A stretch of DNA of 35,493 bases, taken from positions 1 through 35,493 of the IMG/VR virus record IMGVR_UViG_3300024181_000011; one strand, 5' to 3'. Shown here piece after piece: positions 8,386 through 15,977 of this stretch. This DNA is from a virus (lineage: Duplodnaviria; Caudoviricetes). Numbering within the stretch: the stretch's first letter is position 1; each line of letters opens with the position of its first letter. The position numbers were made by a program, and so were the translations under genes. The notes under the pieces were generated by a model. It was not told the origin of the DNA and searched no databases. It saw nothing but the letters and a program-made list of their open reading frames with translations.

Positions 8386-8744
8386 GTGACCCAACGGTTG
8401 TCCCCCTTGCGAAGCCAGAGCAGACCGAGCTGAATCCAGAGGGCAACACCACTGTTGTGCAAACGGCCCCGGCGCAGGTCACCACCGTGACGCAGGAAAG
8501 GGATCTCAAGGACTGGGCTCCGCTGATCCTCATGCTTGTGGTCACGTTTGGGTTCTTCACAGATGTCGCCGTTATGTTGTTCCATGAGATCCCTGCTGGG
8601 AACCTCAACGTCGCCAACACGTTGACCGGATATATTGCCTCCGCCTGGACCGTCGCGATGGCCTATTGGTTCGGCAGCACCGCGACAAGCAAGACCAAGG
8701 ACACGACTATCAGCAATCTCGCGAATAAAGGACCACAAGCATGA
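8382..8744 (+). CDS. Holin-like membrane protein
   Basis: Two hydrophobic segments, YWFGS...SKTKD tail, coupled to endolysin. Confidence 0.7.
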   Translation: MSDPTVVPLAKPEQTELNPEGNTTVVQTAPAQVTTVTQERDLKDWAPLILMLVVTFGFFTDVAVMLFHEIPAGNLNVANTLTGYIASAWTVAMAYWFGSTATSKTKDTTISNLANKGPQA

Positions 8745-8989
8745 GCAATGTATTCGAGGGCGCGCCTGACGCACGCCAGTCAGACAAGGTAGATGAGCCG
8801 CTGAGCCGGTTCCGGCCGCGCTACAGGGCGCTAAGCGACGAAGAGAAGGCTCTCCATGACGCTATTAAGGCGAAGGCCGTCGAGCTGGAGACGCTCTTTG
8901 AGAAGGTCAAGCCAGGACGCTACCGAGCGCTGAGCCTCACGGCTCTCGAAGAGGCTGTCATGTGGAACATTAAGGAACTGACGTCATGA
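8741..8989 (+). CDS. acb2: Acb2/Tad1-family cyclic nucleotide sponge (anti-CBASS-like)
   Basis: YRALSDEEKALHDAIK and PGRYRALSLTALEEAVMW resemble Acb2 YRDLSQEEIDMMNRVK and PGRWLAIGKT (recalled sequence). Confidence 0.7.
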   Translation: MSNVFEGAPDARQSDKVDEPLSRFRPRYRALSDEEKALHDAIKAKAVELETLFEKVKPGRYRALSLTALEEAVMWNIKELTS

Positions 8990-9348
8990 TGCCCCAGCGC
9001 CTCTGCATCTTGCCTCTTGTCGCTTTGCTCGCCGGCTTCTCCGGCTGCTCAAGCACATCGCAGATCACCACGGTAGACACCCTCAAGGTCGGGCTGGCCA
9101 CAGCAGAGACCCTCGCAGATGTCTATGTGAAGCTGCCCCTCTGCGGCTCCCCTCCTTGCCATACGCCTGAGGCCGTCGAGCAGATCGCCAAGGCCGACCA
9201 AGTGGCCTTTGATGCCATCCAGGCCGCAAGCAAGGGCGCCGCAAGCGGGCAGACCGTGGACTTGACAGCTGCGCAAAGTGCCCTTGTCGCCTTCCAGGGC
9301 CTCGTCACCGCCTACATGCCTCCGCCGAGCAAGGGAGCCGCGCCATGA
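8986..9348 (+). CDS. Lipoprotein, possibly spanin-like lysis accessory
   Basis: Signal peptide II with lipobox FSGC; Cys pair LPLCGSPPC; in lysis cluster. Confidence 0.65.
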   Translation: MMPQRLCILPLVALLAGFSGCSSTSQITTVDTLKVGLATAETLADVYVKLPLCGSPPCHTPEAVEQIAKADQVAFDAIQAASKGAASGQTVDLTAAQSALVAFQGLVTAYMPPPSKGAAP

Positions 9349-9581
9349 ACGCAGAGCTTATCATCGCCGTGATCCAGGGCCTGCTGGCGCTCGCGCCAAA
9401 GCTCCCTGCCGTTGTCCAGGGTGTCGGGACAACCATTGATCTCCTGCGCAGCGGAGCAGCACCTACCCCTGAGCAGCAGGCCAGCATCGATGCCTTCCTG
9501 GCCCTGGCGCACAGCACGCTGCAAAGAGATGCCGCCGAGGCCCTGGTCAAGGACAAGGCAACAGATGCCTTGCCCTCATGA
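9345..9581 (+). CDS. Hypothetical protein with hydrophobic N-terminus
   Basis: GGGAG RBS, ATGA coupling to the lipoprotein gene. Confidence 0.7.
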   Translation: MNAELIIAVIQGLLALAPKLPAVVQGVGTTIDLLRSGAAPTPEQQASIDAFLALAHSTLQRDAAEALVKDKATDALPS

Positions 9582-9711
9582 TTGGTTCTACCCCTCGCCG
9601 AGCCAATGGTGGCGCTATTGCTTGCAATGCAGTGTTGTTGAGTGGCGGCATCTCAGGTTCTTAGCTTGGTGGGGGCTGGACTATTGGAGCAGGAGGAGGC
9701 CGTGGCTGTAA
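9565..9711 (+). CDS. Small Cys/His/Trp-rich protein (48 aa)
   Basis: MPCPHDWFY...WRYCLQC, paralogous to the peptide encoded at 6125-6208. Confidence 0.6.
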   Translation: MPCPHDWFYPSPSQWWRYCLQCSVVEWRHLRFLAWWGLDYWSRRRPWL

Positions 9712-9917
9712 GTGTGTGTCCTTATTGTGGCCAAGTGCGAACCGCCTTTGACTGCCCTTGCCGCGTTGAGGCGTGGAAGCGTGCGCAAGGCATCTTGGCC
9801 GATGCACGGGAGGGCCGGCGAGGGCTGAGCCAGACGACACCAAGCGAGGACCTTGTTGGCAAGGCGGCACGAGGTGCCGCTTTGGGACGTGCCCTGGGAA
9901 AGGTCTGGAATGCCTAA
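9702..9917 (+). CDS. Small zinc-finger-like protein
   Basis: Strong AGGAGGAGG RBS before GTG 9702; CPYC...CPC. Confidence 0.65.
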   Translation: MAVSVCPYCGQVRTAFDCPCRVEAWKRAQGILADAREGRRGLSQTTPSEDLVGKAARGAALGRALGKVWNA

Positions 9918-10758
9918 CGTCATTGTCGGCCCGGTGCTTGTTCCGATCATGCTCGACGATGGCTCCACGGGCACGGCGACCATGCCAAGGCAGATCGTTA
10001 CTCTGAAGCCACCGCTGTCGGCGCCCCTGTGGTCATGCGATTTCGCAGGGGCAAGTCTCGGTCCGCTCTCGGCCTCCATTCAGCCAGTCCTTGGCGTTCC
10101 TGCGCTGCCCTGGGGCAGCCCTCCACTTGCCATTCAGTGCCTCGGTGCTGCAAGCGCCCACCATCATAGCGTGAGCAGCACCGGGCTTCGCCTTGCTATG
10201 GCAAGTGGTAGTGGAAGTGACCAAGCCGCCCTCATGGTGCAACCAAGAGTTGCGCTGCATGAGTTCTATGTCAGGGCGCGGATTACCTTGGATCCTGGCC
10301 TTGCCTCGGTCCTGTCGCCGGGCGCCAATTGGCAGATGGTGCAAGAATGGAAGACAGGTGGCTGGCCACCGGCTCCCTACGGCGGGGACCTTAGGGCAAC
10401 CCTGCAGGTGCAAATGGACGCCGGAGGCGTCCTACATTGGCGTATGGGCCTCGACACCAACGCAAATGATGCGAGCGTGCCTTTGGCTACGCTCTACGAC
10501 AGTGCATACTCGTCCAAGGCCCTCGTGCGGCCGGGCACTCCGCAGCTCGTAGAGCACTATTGCCGGCGGAGCCTGGGCAACTCCGGCCTTGTCTGGTGGA
10601 AGGTCGATGGGGTGCTTGTCGGCCAGTTCGCAGGGCCAAACTTCGGCGTGCATAGCGCCGAGATCAACCGCTTGATGTTGACGAATTTGTACTCCGCTGC
10701 ATGGCTCAGCGTGCGAAGCATCACGGACATCATGCTTTATGCGACTGTGCCACCGTGA
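9910..10758 (+). CDS. Polysaccharide lyase-like / ConA-type jelly-roll protein
   Basis: EFYVRARI, NWQMVQEWK and GLVWWKVDGVLV strands typical of ConA-like lyase folds. Confidence 0.55.
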   Translation: MPNVIVGPVLVPIMLDDGSTGTATMPRQIVTLKPPLSAPLWSCDFAGASLGPLSASIQPVLGVPALPWGSPPLAIQCLGAASAHHHSVSSTGLRLAMASGSGSDQAALMVQPRVALHEFYVRARITLDPGLASVLSPGANWQMVQEWKTGGWPPAPYGGDLRATLQVQMDAGGVLHWRMGLDTNANDASVPLATLYDSAYSSKALVRPGTPQLVEHYCRRSLGNSGLVWWKVDGVLVGQFAGPNFGVHSAEINRLMLTNLYSAAWLSVRSITDIMLYATVPP

Positions 10759-11147
10759 TGCGTCACCGCCATGACGACAAGCCGCCATACGATGATGCTC
10801 TCGCCCGTCATAGGCTTGTCAATTGGTGGGTGCAGCTCTGGAACTTCGACGCCACGGACAAGAAATGTACCAAGATCAGGGCCATTATGCAGCTTATCAT
10901 GCTCCCAGTCATCTCGGCTGGATTGCTTGCGGTCTTTGTTCGTTTGGGCATCGTGATTACATTCTTGATCTCCGGGGCTGCGGACCATGAAAAGATATTC
11001 AAGACTGAGGCCGGCTATGAGCTGCGCTTGCGGACCATTGAGGCCACTTTGCTGGCGCATGAGAAGATCTTGGATTATATCTTGAAGACCGAACACAATG
11101 AGCACCCTGGCAGCTACGTCAGCCCGCCGCCCTTAACACCACGATAG
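10758..11147 (+). CDS. Membrane protein with C-terminal coiled coil
   Basis: Long hydrophobic stretch LIMLPVISAGLLAVFVRLGIVITFLI; TGATG coupling. Confidence 0.65.
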   Translation: MRHRHDDKPPYDDALARHRLVNWWVQLWNFDATDKKCTKIRAIMQLIMLPVISAGLLAVFVRLGIVITFLISGAADHEKIFKTEAGYELRLRTIEATLLAHEKILDYILKTEHNEHPGSYVSPPPLTPR

Positions 11148-11157
11148 GAGCCTTGCC

Positions 11158-11322
11158 ATGTCACTGATTCTGATTGTCTTGGTCCTGCTCCTGCTCTTCG
11201 GTGGAGGCTACGGAGGCTACTATACCCATCGCACCTATGGGGGGCCGTTCGGCCCTATTGTCTGGATCATTGTCATAATTTTGATCTTTGTCTTGCTTGT
11301 GCCGGGCAGGGTGTATTTTTAG
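11158..11322 (+). CDS. Small membrane protein, DUF3309-like (54 aa; not in ORF track)
   Basis: AGGAG RBS; MSLILIVLVLLLLFGGGYGGYY...GPIVWIIVIILIFVLL two-helix Gly/Tyr-loop pattern. Confidence 0.75.
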   Translation: MSLILIVLVLLLLFGGGYGGYYTHRTYGGPFGPIVWIIVIILIFVLLVPGRVYF

Positions 11323-11433
11323 CCAAATTGTGGCCCATTTAGGCCGTGCCCTTCGCACGGGCGACACTAAAGTGTCGTCCTGCTGGCCCAACAAAGCGTA
11401 GCGTGCATAAGGATGCAATTCAAGGAGGCAAAT

Positions 11434-11622
11434 ATGGCAAAGCGACAGGATAAAGTTATGGAAGGCGGAGATCTCGGCTCGGCAGTCAAGCACGTTGCGG
11501 AGCAATGCTGCTCGACTCACCACATGGTCGGGCAGCACAAGGTCGCTGGTGGCTTCGACGGCGAGACCAATGTGCCGGGCGCAAGCGCGACGAAGCATGA
11601 ACGGGACAAGCCGGGGGTCTGA
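11434..11622 (+). CDS. Small hypothetical protein
   Basis: AAGGAGG RBS before ATG 11434. Confidence 0.7.
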   Translation: MAKRQDKVMEGGDLGSAVKHVAEQCCSTHHMVGQHKVAGGFDGETNVPGASATKHERDKPGV

Positions 11623-11624
11623 CA

Positions 11625-11864
11625 ATGGCCAAGATATCCGCTCCGGAGGATTATGCCTCGCGAAGTGTCTCCGTGGAGGCAATCGACAACGGGTACTTGG
11701 TCACGACTTCAACCTCGCAGAACGGCGAGTACAAAAGCGAGAGGCGCTTCAGCGCCTCGAAGCCGGATATCTCGGCGGATATGGCAGATGATGCGCGCGC
11801 AGGCAGGATGCCTTCCCCATCTAGCCTTGCTGACGCGATCTCGGCCATTAGGGGGCGTAGGTGA
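11625..11864 (+). CDS. Small hypothetical protein
   Basis: Tight packing; VSVEAIDNGYLV beta motif frequent in small phage proteins. Confidence 0.7.
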   Translation: MAKISAPEDYASRSVSVEAIDNGYLVTTSTSQNGEYKSERRFSASKPDISADMADDARAGRMPSPSSLADAISAIRGRR

Positions 11865-11873
11865 GGCTGAGTC

Positions 11874-12989
11874 ATGCCAGTCGAGCCGATAGTCCCTGGG
11901 GGGAGGCAGGGAGTAGCCTTTCTTCTTGCCTCCCCCGCTTTTTGGGTCGCAAGTGCGACCGTGTTGATGTATTGCCCGTGGTGGCCGGACGCCTGGACAA
12001 CGCCAAGACAGGTGGTCTTGCTTCTTGGCCTCGCGTGGCTTTGGCAACCCGTCAAGCTAACGCTAGTGCATCTCCTTACCTTGCTTTGGCTTGCATACGT
12101 GGCCTTGGCCGCGTATTGGGCACCGGACCGGACTGGCGCCCTGGGCAGCCTCTTGGATCTTGCCTTGCTTGTGGGCGTGCTATGGATCGGACGCGGCGAA
12201 GAATTACTCAGCGGCGCTTGCGTCGGCGTGGCAGGCCTTGGCGCCCTCGCGTGTTGGGAATCGTGGCAAGGACAGATCTCTGGGCAGCTCCTGGGGAATC
12301 CGAACTACCTGGGCGAAGCTGCAGCGATTGGCATATCGTGGGCCCTGGTTGGACGGCGATGGGGCATGGCCCTTTGCCTATGTCCAGCCCTGGTCCTTAG
12401 TGGCTCTCGCGCTTCTCTCCTTGGCCTCGGTTTGGTCGTGGTCTGGCTAGGGTATAGGCAATGCAGGGGGCTATGGGCAAGGTTCATCCTGGTGGATTTG
12501 GCGCTCGGAGCCCTGGTCTGGGCAATGGTGTTCTCAAACAGCACAAGTCTCTTCATGCGCCTGGATTGGTGGCAAGTCGCGCTGGAAAATCTTGTGCCCT
12601 TTGGGCATGGACCGGGGAGCTTTTGGCAGTCCTTGCCCGTTCACAATGTGACGTACTTCCAGGGCGTGATGCAGGAACGGCCGGAGTGGCCGCACAATGA
12701 GCTGGTCGACTGGCTATTCACCCTGGGCCTGGGGGCAATTTTTCCCATTGCGCTTTGCTTTGTACTATGGCAGGACAAGGCGCGCCGACCCTTGTGGCTC
12801 TGCGTCGCCGTTGTCGTGGCGCTGGGCTTTCCGCTGCATGTCCCGAGCACGATCCTTTTGCTTGGCAGCCTTGCCGGCCTTAGTGCGGAGCATCTGCCTA
12901 GGCTTGGCCTTGCTCGCCGCCCTTGGCGAGACGCAGGCAAAGTGGGCGTGGAGCCTGCCCTCTCCGGCCTTAGTCATCGGAGGGCTTGA
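11874..12989 (+). CDS. O-antigen ligase / O-oligosaccharyltransferase-like (Wzy_C) polytopic membrane protein
   Basis: About ten TM segments; GNPNYLG, SGSRAS, R..WW..A, FGHGPGSF, WPHNELV (catalytic His) and FPLH motifs. Confidence 0.85.
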   Translation: MPVEPIVPGGRQGVAFLLASPAFWVASATVLMYCPWWPDAWTTPRQVVLLLGLAWLWQPVKLTLVHLLTLLWLAYVALAAYWAPDRTGALGSLLDLALLVGVLWIGRGEELLSGACVGVAGLGALACWESWQGQISGQLLGNPNYLGEAAAIGISWALVGRRWGMALCLCPALVLSGSRASLLGLGLVVVWLGYRQCRGLWARFILVDLALGALVWAMVFSNSTSLFMRLDWWQVALENLVPFGHGPGSFWQSLPVHNVTYFQGVMQERPEWPHNELVDWLFTLGLGAIFPIALCFVLWQDKARRPLWLCVAVVVALGFPLHVPSTILLLGSLAGLSAEHLPRLGLARRPWRDAGKVGVEPALSGLSHRRA

Positions 12990-13308
12990 AGTGGCCAAGT
13001 GGACCTGGCCTCTGGACAGACGACTGGTCGATGGCCCTGCCCACGCAGTCGTTGGCTTCGGGCCGGCCTTTGACGACAATGTGGGCTGGCAGATATTGTA
13101 CAATGCGGCGCAGCGGGACCCTAGTCACCTTGATTGGCTCCTTGGCCTCGGCCGCATCGCCCATCGGCAGGGCAACTCTAGCCTTGCCTTCGCGTACTTT
13201 GCAAAAGCGTGTGCGCTTGCGCCGCGTCTTGCACCTTGCTTGGCTGTCAGTGGCCCCGTCCCACTGTCAGAGCCAACCCTTTCGGCGGGCTTAGGAGCAT
13301 CGAGATGA
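12883..13308 (+). CDS. TPR-like protein with N-terminal hydrophobic helix, overlapping the ligase gene in the +1 frame
   Basis: AAQRDPSHLDWLLGLGRIAHRQGNSSLAFAYFAKACALAP is TPR-like; stop overlaps next ATG (ATGA); start uncertain. Confidence 0.6.
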   Translation: MRSICLGLALLAALGETQAKWAWSLPSPALVIGGLEVAKWTWPLDRRLVDGPAHAVVGFGPAFDDNVGWQILYNAAQRDPSHLDWLLGLGRIAHRQGNSSLAFAYFAKACALAPRLAPCLAVSGPVPLSEPTLSAGLGASR

Positions 13309-14555
13309 AACTTCGTGTTTTGCTCCCTGCCGTCGGGATTTTGACGGCCCTTGCGACGGCGTACGCCGTCGCAGGCGGAGTGTTCACCAATGGATTGCCC
13401 AACGCTACGGGTGTGCTCACTGGCAATGAGGAGTTCCCGGCCGATACCAATCTGCCCAATGGGCAGAACCCGCAGAGCGAGGCGATTACCCCCGGCCAGA
13501 TCATTGGCTACGGCAGGACCTTGCAAGGGGCAAGCGGACTTCGCAACTTGCTCATCGGCGGCGACTTCGGAACGAATCCTTGGCAGCGAGGCACCTCGTT
13601 CACGGGTATTACCTCCACGCCGACCTATACTGCTGATCGCTTCGCGGCTGTCGGAGCCGCAGGCTCCAGCATTAGCGTCTCCAGGCAGACCGGCGCGGCG
13701 GACATCACGACAGGGTTCAATGCAAGCCTTCGCTTGCAGCGTGCTGCCTCCAACGCTGATGTGAGTCCGATTTGCATCCAGCAGGTCATCGAGACGAATG
13801 ACTCTGTGCGGGCGCAGGGCCAGGTCATGGCCCTGAGCTTCTCGGCGTTTCAGGGGGCGAACTTCAGCGCTGCTGGAGCTACGCTCAATTGGACCGTTGC
13901 GACGGGCACTGGCACTAACCAGAGTGCCGCCTTGTTCGCTGCAGGGACCTGGACTGGCTATGCGGCAAAGACAGGGACGATTACTCTTGCAACCAATCCT
14001 ACGGCCTGGACGCGGTATAGCGCCACGACGGTGGCTCTGCCGGCCACAGCGACCCAGGTCGGGATGAGCATCTGCTACACGCCTGTCGGCACCGCTGGGG
14101 CGGCGGATTGGGTAGAGTTTGCCGGCGTGCAGCTTGAAGTCTCCCCTACGGGAACGGCAAGTGCGTTTGAAAGGACTCCGCAGAGCAAGGTCCTCTATGA
14201 CGCGCAGCGGTACTTCCAGAACTATGCGGAGCCGCCGAACTTGTCTGCGCTTGCGCGTGGGTATGAGCAGAATGGGCAGCAGCAGTGCACGGTCACGCTG
14301 CCCTTCCTTAACACCATGCGGGTGGCGCCGACGGTAACGGTGAGTAGCGGAACGTTCCAGGTGCTCACCGCTACCTCGCCTGGCTTCGGGCCGATCCAGG
14401 CCGGCACGACGAACTTCATTGCGTCGGCGCAGCAGGTGCCCTCGACGACCGCGGTGACGCTCGTTGCCACTGGGCCGGGCACGACTATCGGGCTTGGCTG
14501 CGGCATTGCCGGTGGTGGCGGAACGGGCTCGGTGCAGCTAAACAGCGAGCTGTAA
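13305..14555 (+). CDS. Tail-fibre-like (CBM-type) protein with Sec signal peptide
   Basis: AGGAG RBS; MKLRVLLPAVGILTALATAYAVA signal; RNLLIGGDF...WQRGTS...YTADRF, GVQLE, FER...QRYF, MRVAPTV fibre motifs. Confidence 0.8.
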   Translation: MKLRVLLPAVGILTALATAYAVAGGVFTNGLPNATGVLTGNEEFPADTNLPNGQNPQSEAITPGQIIGYGRTLQGASGLRNLLIGGDFGTNPWQRGTSFTGITSTPTYTADRFAAVGAAGSSISVSRQTGAADITTGFNASLRLQRAASNADVSPICIQQVIETNDSVRAQGQVMALSFSAFQGANFSAAGATLNWTVATGTGTNQSAALFAAGTWTGYAAKTGTITLATNPTAWTRYSATTVALPATATQVGMSICYTPVGTAGAADWVEFAGVQLEVSPTGTASAFERTPQSKVLYDAQRYFQNYAEPPNLSALARGYEQNGQQQCTVTLPFLNTMRVAPTVTVSSGTFQVLTATSPGFGPIQAGTTNFIASAQQVPSTTAVTLVATGPGTTIGLGCGIAGGGGTGSVQLNSEL

Positions 14556-14567
14556 GGGCGAGGTTTA

Positions 14568-14595
14568 GGTAGGGAAGGCTCTTGCCTTCCCTACC
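14568..14595 (+). terminator. 12-bp perfect hairpin between fibre-like gene and terL
   Basis: GGTAGGGAAGGC-TCTT-GCCTTCCCTACC; weak U tract. Confidence 0.55.
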
Positions 14596-14627
14596 CATTT
14601 CGTGATCGGCATACAGGCCCACCCGGC

Positions 14628-15977
14628 ATGGACACCCTAAGCCAAGGCTCTACGAAAATCCAGGAGACGCGTAGCGTCTCTGCTGGCTTTCCGCAGGCCC
14701 TTGACTTCTTGTTCAAACCGAAGAGATACAAGGTTGCTTGGGGAGGCCGCGGAGGTAGCAAGAGCTGGGGAGTAGCTAGAGCACTTCTCATCATGGGTAT
14801 GCAGCGGCCTCTCCGTATCCTTTGTGCGCGCGAATTGCAGAACTCGATCGCCGAGTCAGTGCACAAGTTGCTTAGTGACCAAATTGCTTTGATGAATTTG
14901 CCCTACAAGATCGAAAAGACGCAGATCTACAATGATCTTGGAAGCGGGTTCTTTTTCGAGGGCATCTACAGGAACGTGGACCGGATTAAGTCCTATGAGG
15001 GCGTGGACATTTGCTGGGTGGAGGAGGCCCATAGGGTTACTAAGGCCTCTTGGGAGATCTTGATCCCGACCATCCGCAAGGAAGGGAGCGAGATTTGGGT
15101 CACGTTCAACCCGGATCTGGAGAGTGATGAGACTTATCAGAGGTTTATTAAAAGTCCGCCGCCGGATGAAATGGCCTATGTTCGCAAGATCACTTGGAGG
15201 GACAACCCCTGGTTTCCCAAGGTACTCCGCGAAGAGCTTGAGGAACTCAAAAGGAAGGACTACGATGAATACCTGCATGTGTGGGAAGGAGAGTGCAGAA
15301 TCCTGCTCGAGGGCGCCGTTTACGCGGAGGAACTTCGGGACTTGGTCCGTGACGGACGCCTGTGCAAAGTCCCGTACGATCCAACTGTGGGTGTCTCGAC
15401 CTTCTGGGACCTGGGATGGGCAGATCACACTTCAATTTGGTTTGCCCAGAGGGTTGGGTTTGAGAACCATATCATAGACCATTACAGCAACCATCTTAGG
15501 TCCTTGGATCACTACTTGGGCATCCTCCAGTCTCGCGGGTATATCTATGACACGAATTGGCTTCCTCACGACGCTAAGGCAAAGAGCTTGGGCACGGGCA
15601 AGTCAATCGAAGAACTCATGCGCGCCAAGGGATTTAAGACAAGAGTTGTGCCACGTCTTAGTCTCGCAGATGGAATCAATGCGGCAAGGACAGTCTTTGC
15701 CTCCTGCTATATCGATGCAGACAAGTGTGAAGCAGGTGTCAAATCGCTTCGTAGTTACCATTACGAAGTAGTCGAAGTCGGTGGACGGCTGAGCAAAGAG
15801 CCAGTCCATGATGTGCATAGCCATGATGCAGACGCCTTTCGGGCGCTGGCCGTGGCGCTCCGCGCCCCCAAGGGCAAGGGAAATGACAAGCTCATCAACT
15901 TGGCCGAACGCAAACCAGGTCTTGTCTATGAGGCGGGACGGAGGATTAGCAATAACCTCCGGTGGCTAGGTGGCTGA
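14628..15977 (+). CDS. terL: Terminase large subunit (PBSX-like)
   Basis: Walker A GGRGGSKS, RILCARE, Walker B ICWVEEA, TFNP, nuclease WDLG..D and HDADAFR. Confidence 0.97.
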   Translation: MDTLSQGSTKIQETRSVSAGFPQALDFLFKPKRYKVAWGGRGGSKSWGVARALLIMGMQRPLRILCARELQNSIAESVHKLLSDQIALMNLPYKIEKTQIYNDLGSGFFFEGIYRNVDRIKSYEGVDICWVEEAHRVTKASWEILIPTIRKEGSEIWVTFNPDLESDETYQRFIKSPPPDEMAYVRKITWRDNPWFPKVLREELEELKRKDYDEYLHVWEGECRILLEGAVYAEELRDLVRDGRLCKVPYDPTVGVSTFWDLGWADHTSIWFAQRVGFENHIIDHYSNHLRSLDHYLGILQSRGYIYDTNWLPHDAKAKSLGTGKSIEELMRAKGFKTRVVPRLSLADGINAARTVFASCYIDADKCEAGVKSLRSYHYEVVEVGGRLSKEPVHDVHSHDADAFRALAVALRAPKGKGNDKLINLAERKPGLVYEAGRRISNNLRWLGG

